Under the pieces are notes generated by a model that was not told where the DNA came from, did not search any database, and saw nothing but the letters and a program-made list of their open reading frames with translations. Of a stretch of DNA of 64,000 nt, positions 62,612 through 64,000 are shown piece after piece. The stretch comes from Antedon mediterranea (Eukaryota; Animalia; Echinodermata): positions 25,189,365-25,253,364 of the forward strand of contig NC_092678.1 of the NCBI RefSeq assembly GCF_964355755.1, given 5' to 3'. The stretch's first letter is position 1. The number at the start of each line of letters is the position of its first letter. A program made the translations under genes and the position numbers.

Positions 62612-63816
62612 GTAGGTGTTTGTAGACAGTAGTCTTCCATTGCCCAGAGGTGATTTTACTTTTGGTTGACCCCTTATTCGTGTCACAGGGAAGAGACAAA
62701 GTATTCTACTTTCCCCCAGGGTATGTCTCTAGCTTATAGATGTTGTTTTTCCACGGTTCAGATGCTGCATGTAATCTATATGTAAATTCATTTTAAAGAA
62801 CTGCCTTTTAAAATCATTAGTCAATCAAAAGTAAACAATAGTTCATTCTCTTCTCTTTTCATGAAGTTTCAATGTATAGTCACATTGAACATTGATCAGC
62901 TTTGTAAAGCTCTGTCTGTACACTATCAAACTAGTTTGACAAAAAAAGTGTGATGTGCCCAAATATGGTAGTGATATGGTTGAATATGGTAGTGATATGA
63001 CATCATCATGTCCATATATGGGCACATCACATTTTTTTTGTCACATAAAGTTTGATAGTGTGGACAGAGCTTAAAGGCAACCTAAATCTATCACTCATGT
63101 AGCAGTTGTTTGCAATATTATTGTTAAAGTGGCATACTTAAGCAGCGATAGACAACCCTGGTGAAACAAACTTTTTTATTTTTTAACAAAATTATTAATG
63201 TTATTTTTGATTTAACAAATGCTTGTGGAGACATCAACTATTAGATTGAAAAGAGAATTCTGAATTTTTTTACCAATAATGAAACACTTAGGTATGAAAC
63301 GTCACTATCTGTACTCGACAAACTGCACTTATAATGTGTCTGCTTATAATGTGTCTGCTAGAATGCTATGTAATTCATATCAAATGTTTCCATTTAGTAC
63401 ATCTAACACAATCTTGTTGAACTAGAACTTCTGACAGACTTTTTTCTGTGGTTTCCAGGCATGTATTGGAAATTGTATATAGAGGTTGATGACCTTCAAG
63501 AATTGCTTGAGGGTCCTCATCTCCCTGGAGTATAATACAATATGTCTATATCTGGCTCAAGTTTTAAAACTAGTTACAATGCTGACACAAAATAGGCAAT
63601 TGTGCATTGAAGTAATCTGTCTTAAAGATTGAAAATAATTTAAAAAGGAATTTTTTATCAAATTATTATTCAGTTGCAATGTCATAAAATCCATCAGTGA
63701 TATTCTGATTTATTTACTTCAATTTAAAGTCAACAACAATCAACAAAAAACATGTGACCCAGGTTTTAAACAACTATATAGAAAGCACATAATGTGACAA
63801 ACCAAACCAAACAGAA

Positions 63817-64000
63817 AATACAGGTAACTCTCCCAATACAGGTAACTCTCCCAATACAGGTAACTCTCCCAATACAGGTAACTCTCCCAATACAGGTAAC
63901 TCTCCCAATACAGGTAACTCTCCCAATACAGGTAACTCTCCCAATACAGGTAACTCTCCCAATACAGGTAACTCTCCCAATACAGGTAACTCTCCCAATA
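63817..64000. repeat. 18-bp minisatellite (AATACAGGTAACTCTCCC)n, at least 10 perfect copies, runs off the window
   Basis: Direct reading. Confidence 0.97.

Noticed and set aside
63774-63998. 74-aa ORF of repeated GELPVL
   Set aside because: Translation of the 18-bp minisatellite

Overview
AT-rich, intron-containing animal genomic DNA; no prokaryotic features or CRISPR arrays. Gene content suggests an invertebrate deuterostome, possibly an echinoderm (inference). Gene order: three tandem single-coding-exon TRIM-NHL copies (one deletion remnant, one intact, one frameshifted); IQCA1/DRC11 (-) head-to-head with MOV10 (+); an intronless otopetrin (-) with a ~100-residue Asp-rich C-terminal tail; ZCRB1 (+) tail-to-tail with TXNL4B (-); ORC5 (+) head-to-head with TXNL4B; and the first four coding exons of reelin (+). 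Repeats include a young Rex1/Babar LINE inside MOV10, older LINEs, many MITEs, a 1-kb foldback element, Helitron/Helentron-like ends, tRNA-derived SINEs and minisatellites. Best leads: the poly-Asp otopetrin, NHL-surface diversification among the TRIM paralogs, two 25-29 bp TIR-only palindromes with 7-bp target duplications (P-element-like footprints), tandem repeats that amplify splice signals, adjacency of two minor-spliceosome genes, and conserved ORC5-RELN linkage. Exon structures and homologies were read by eye from recalled family motifs; no searches were run.
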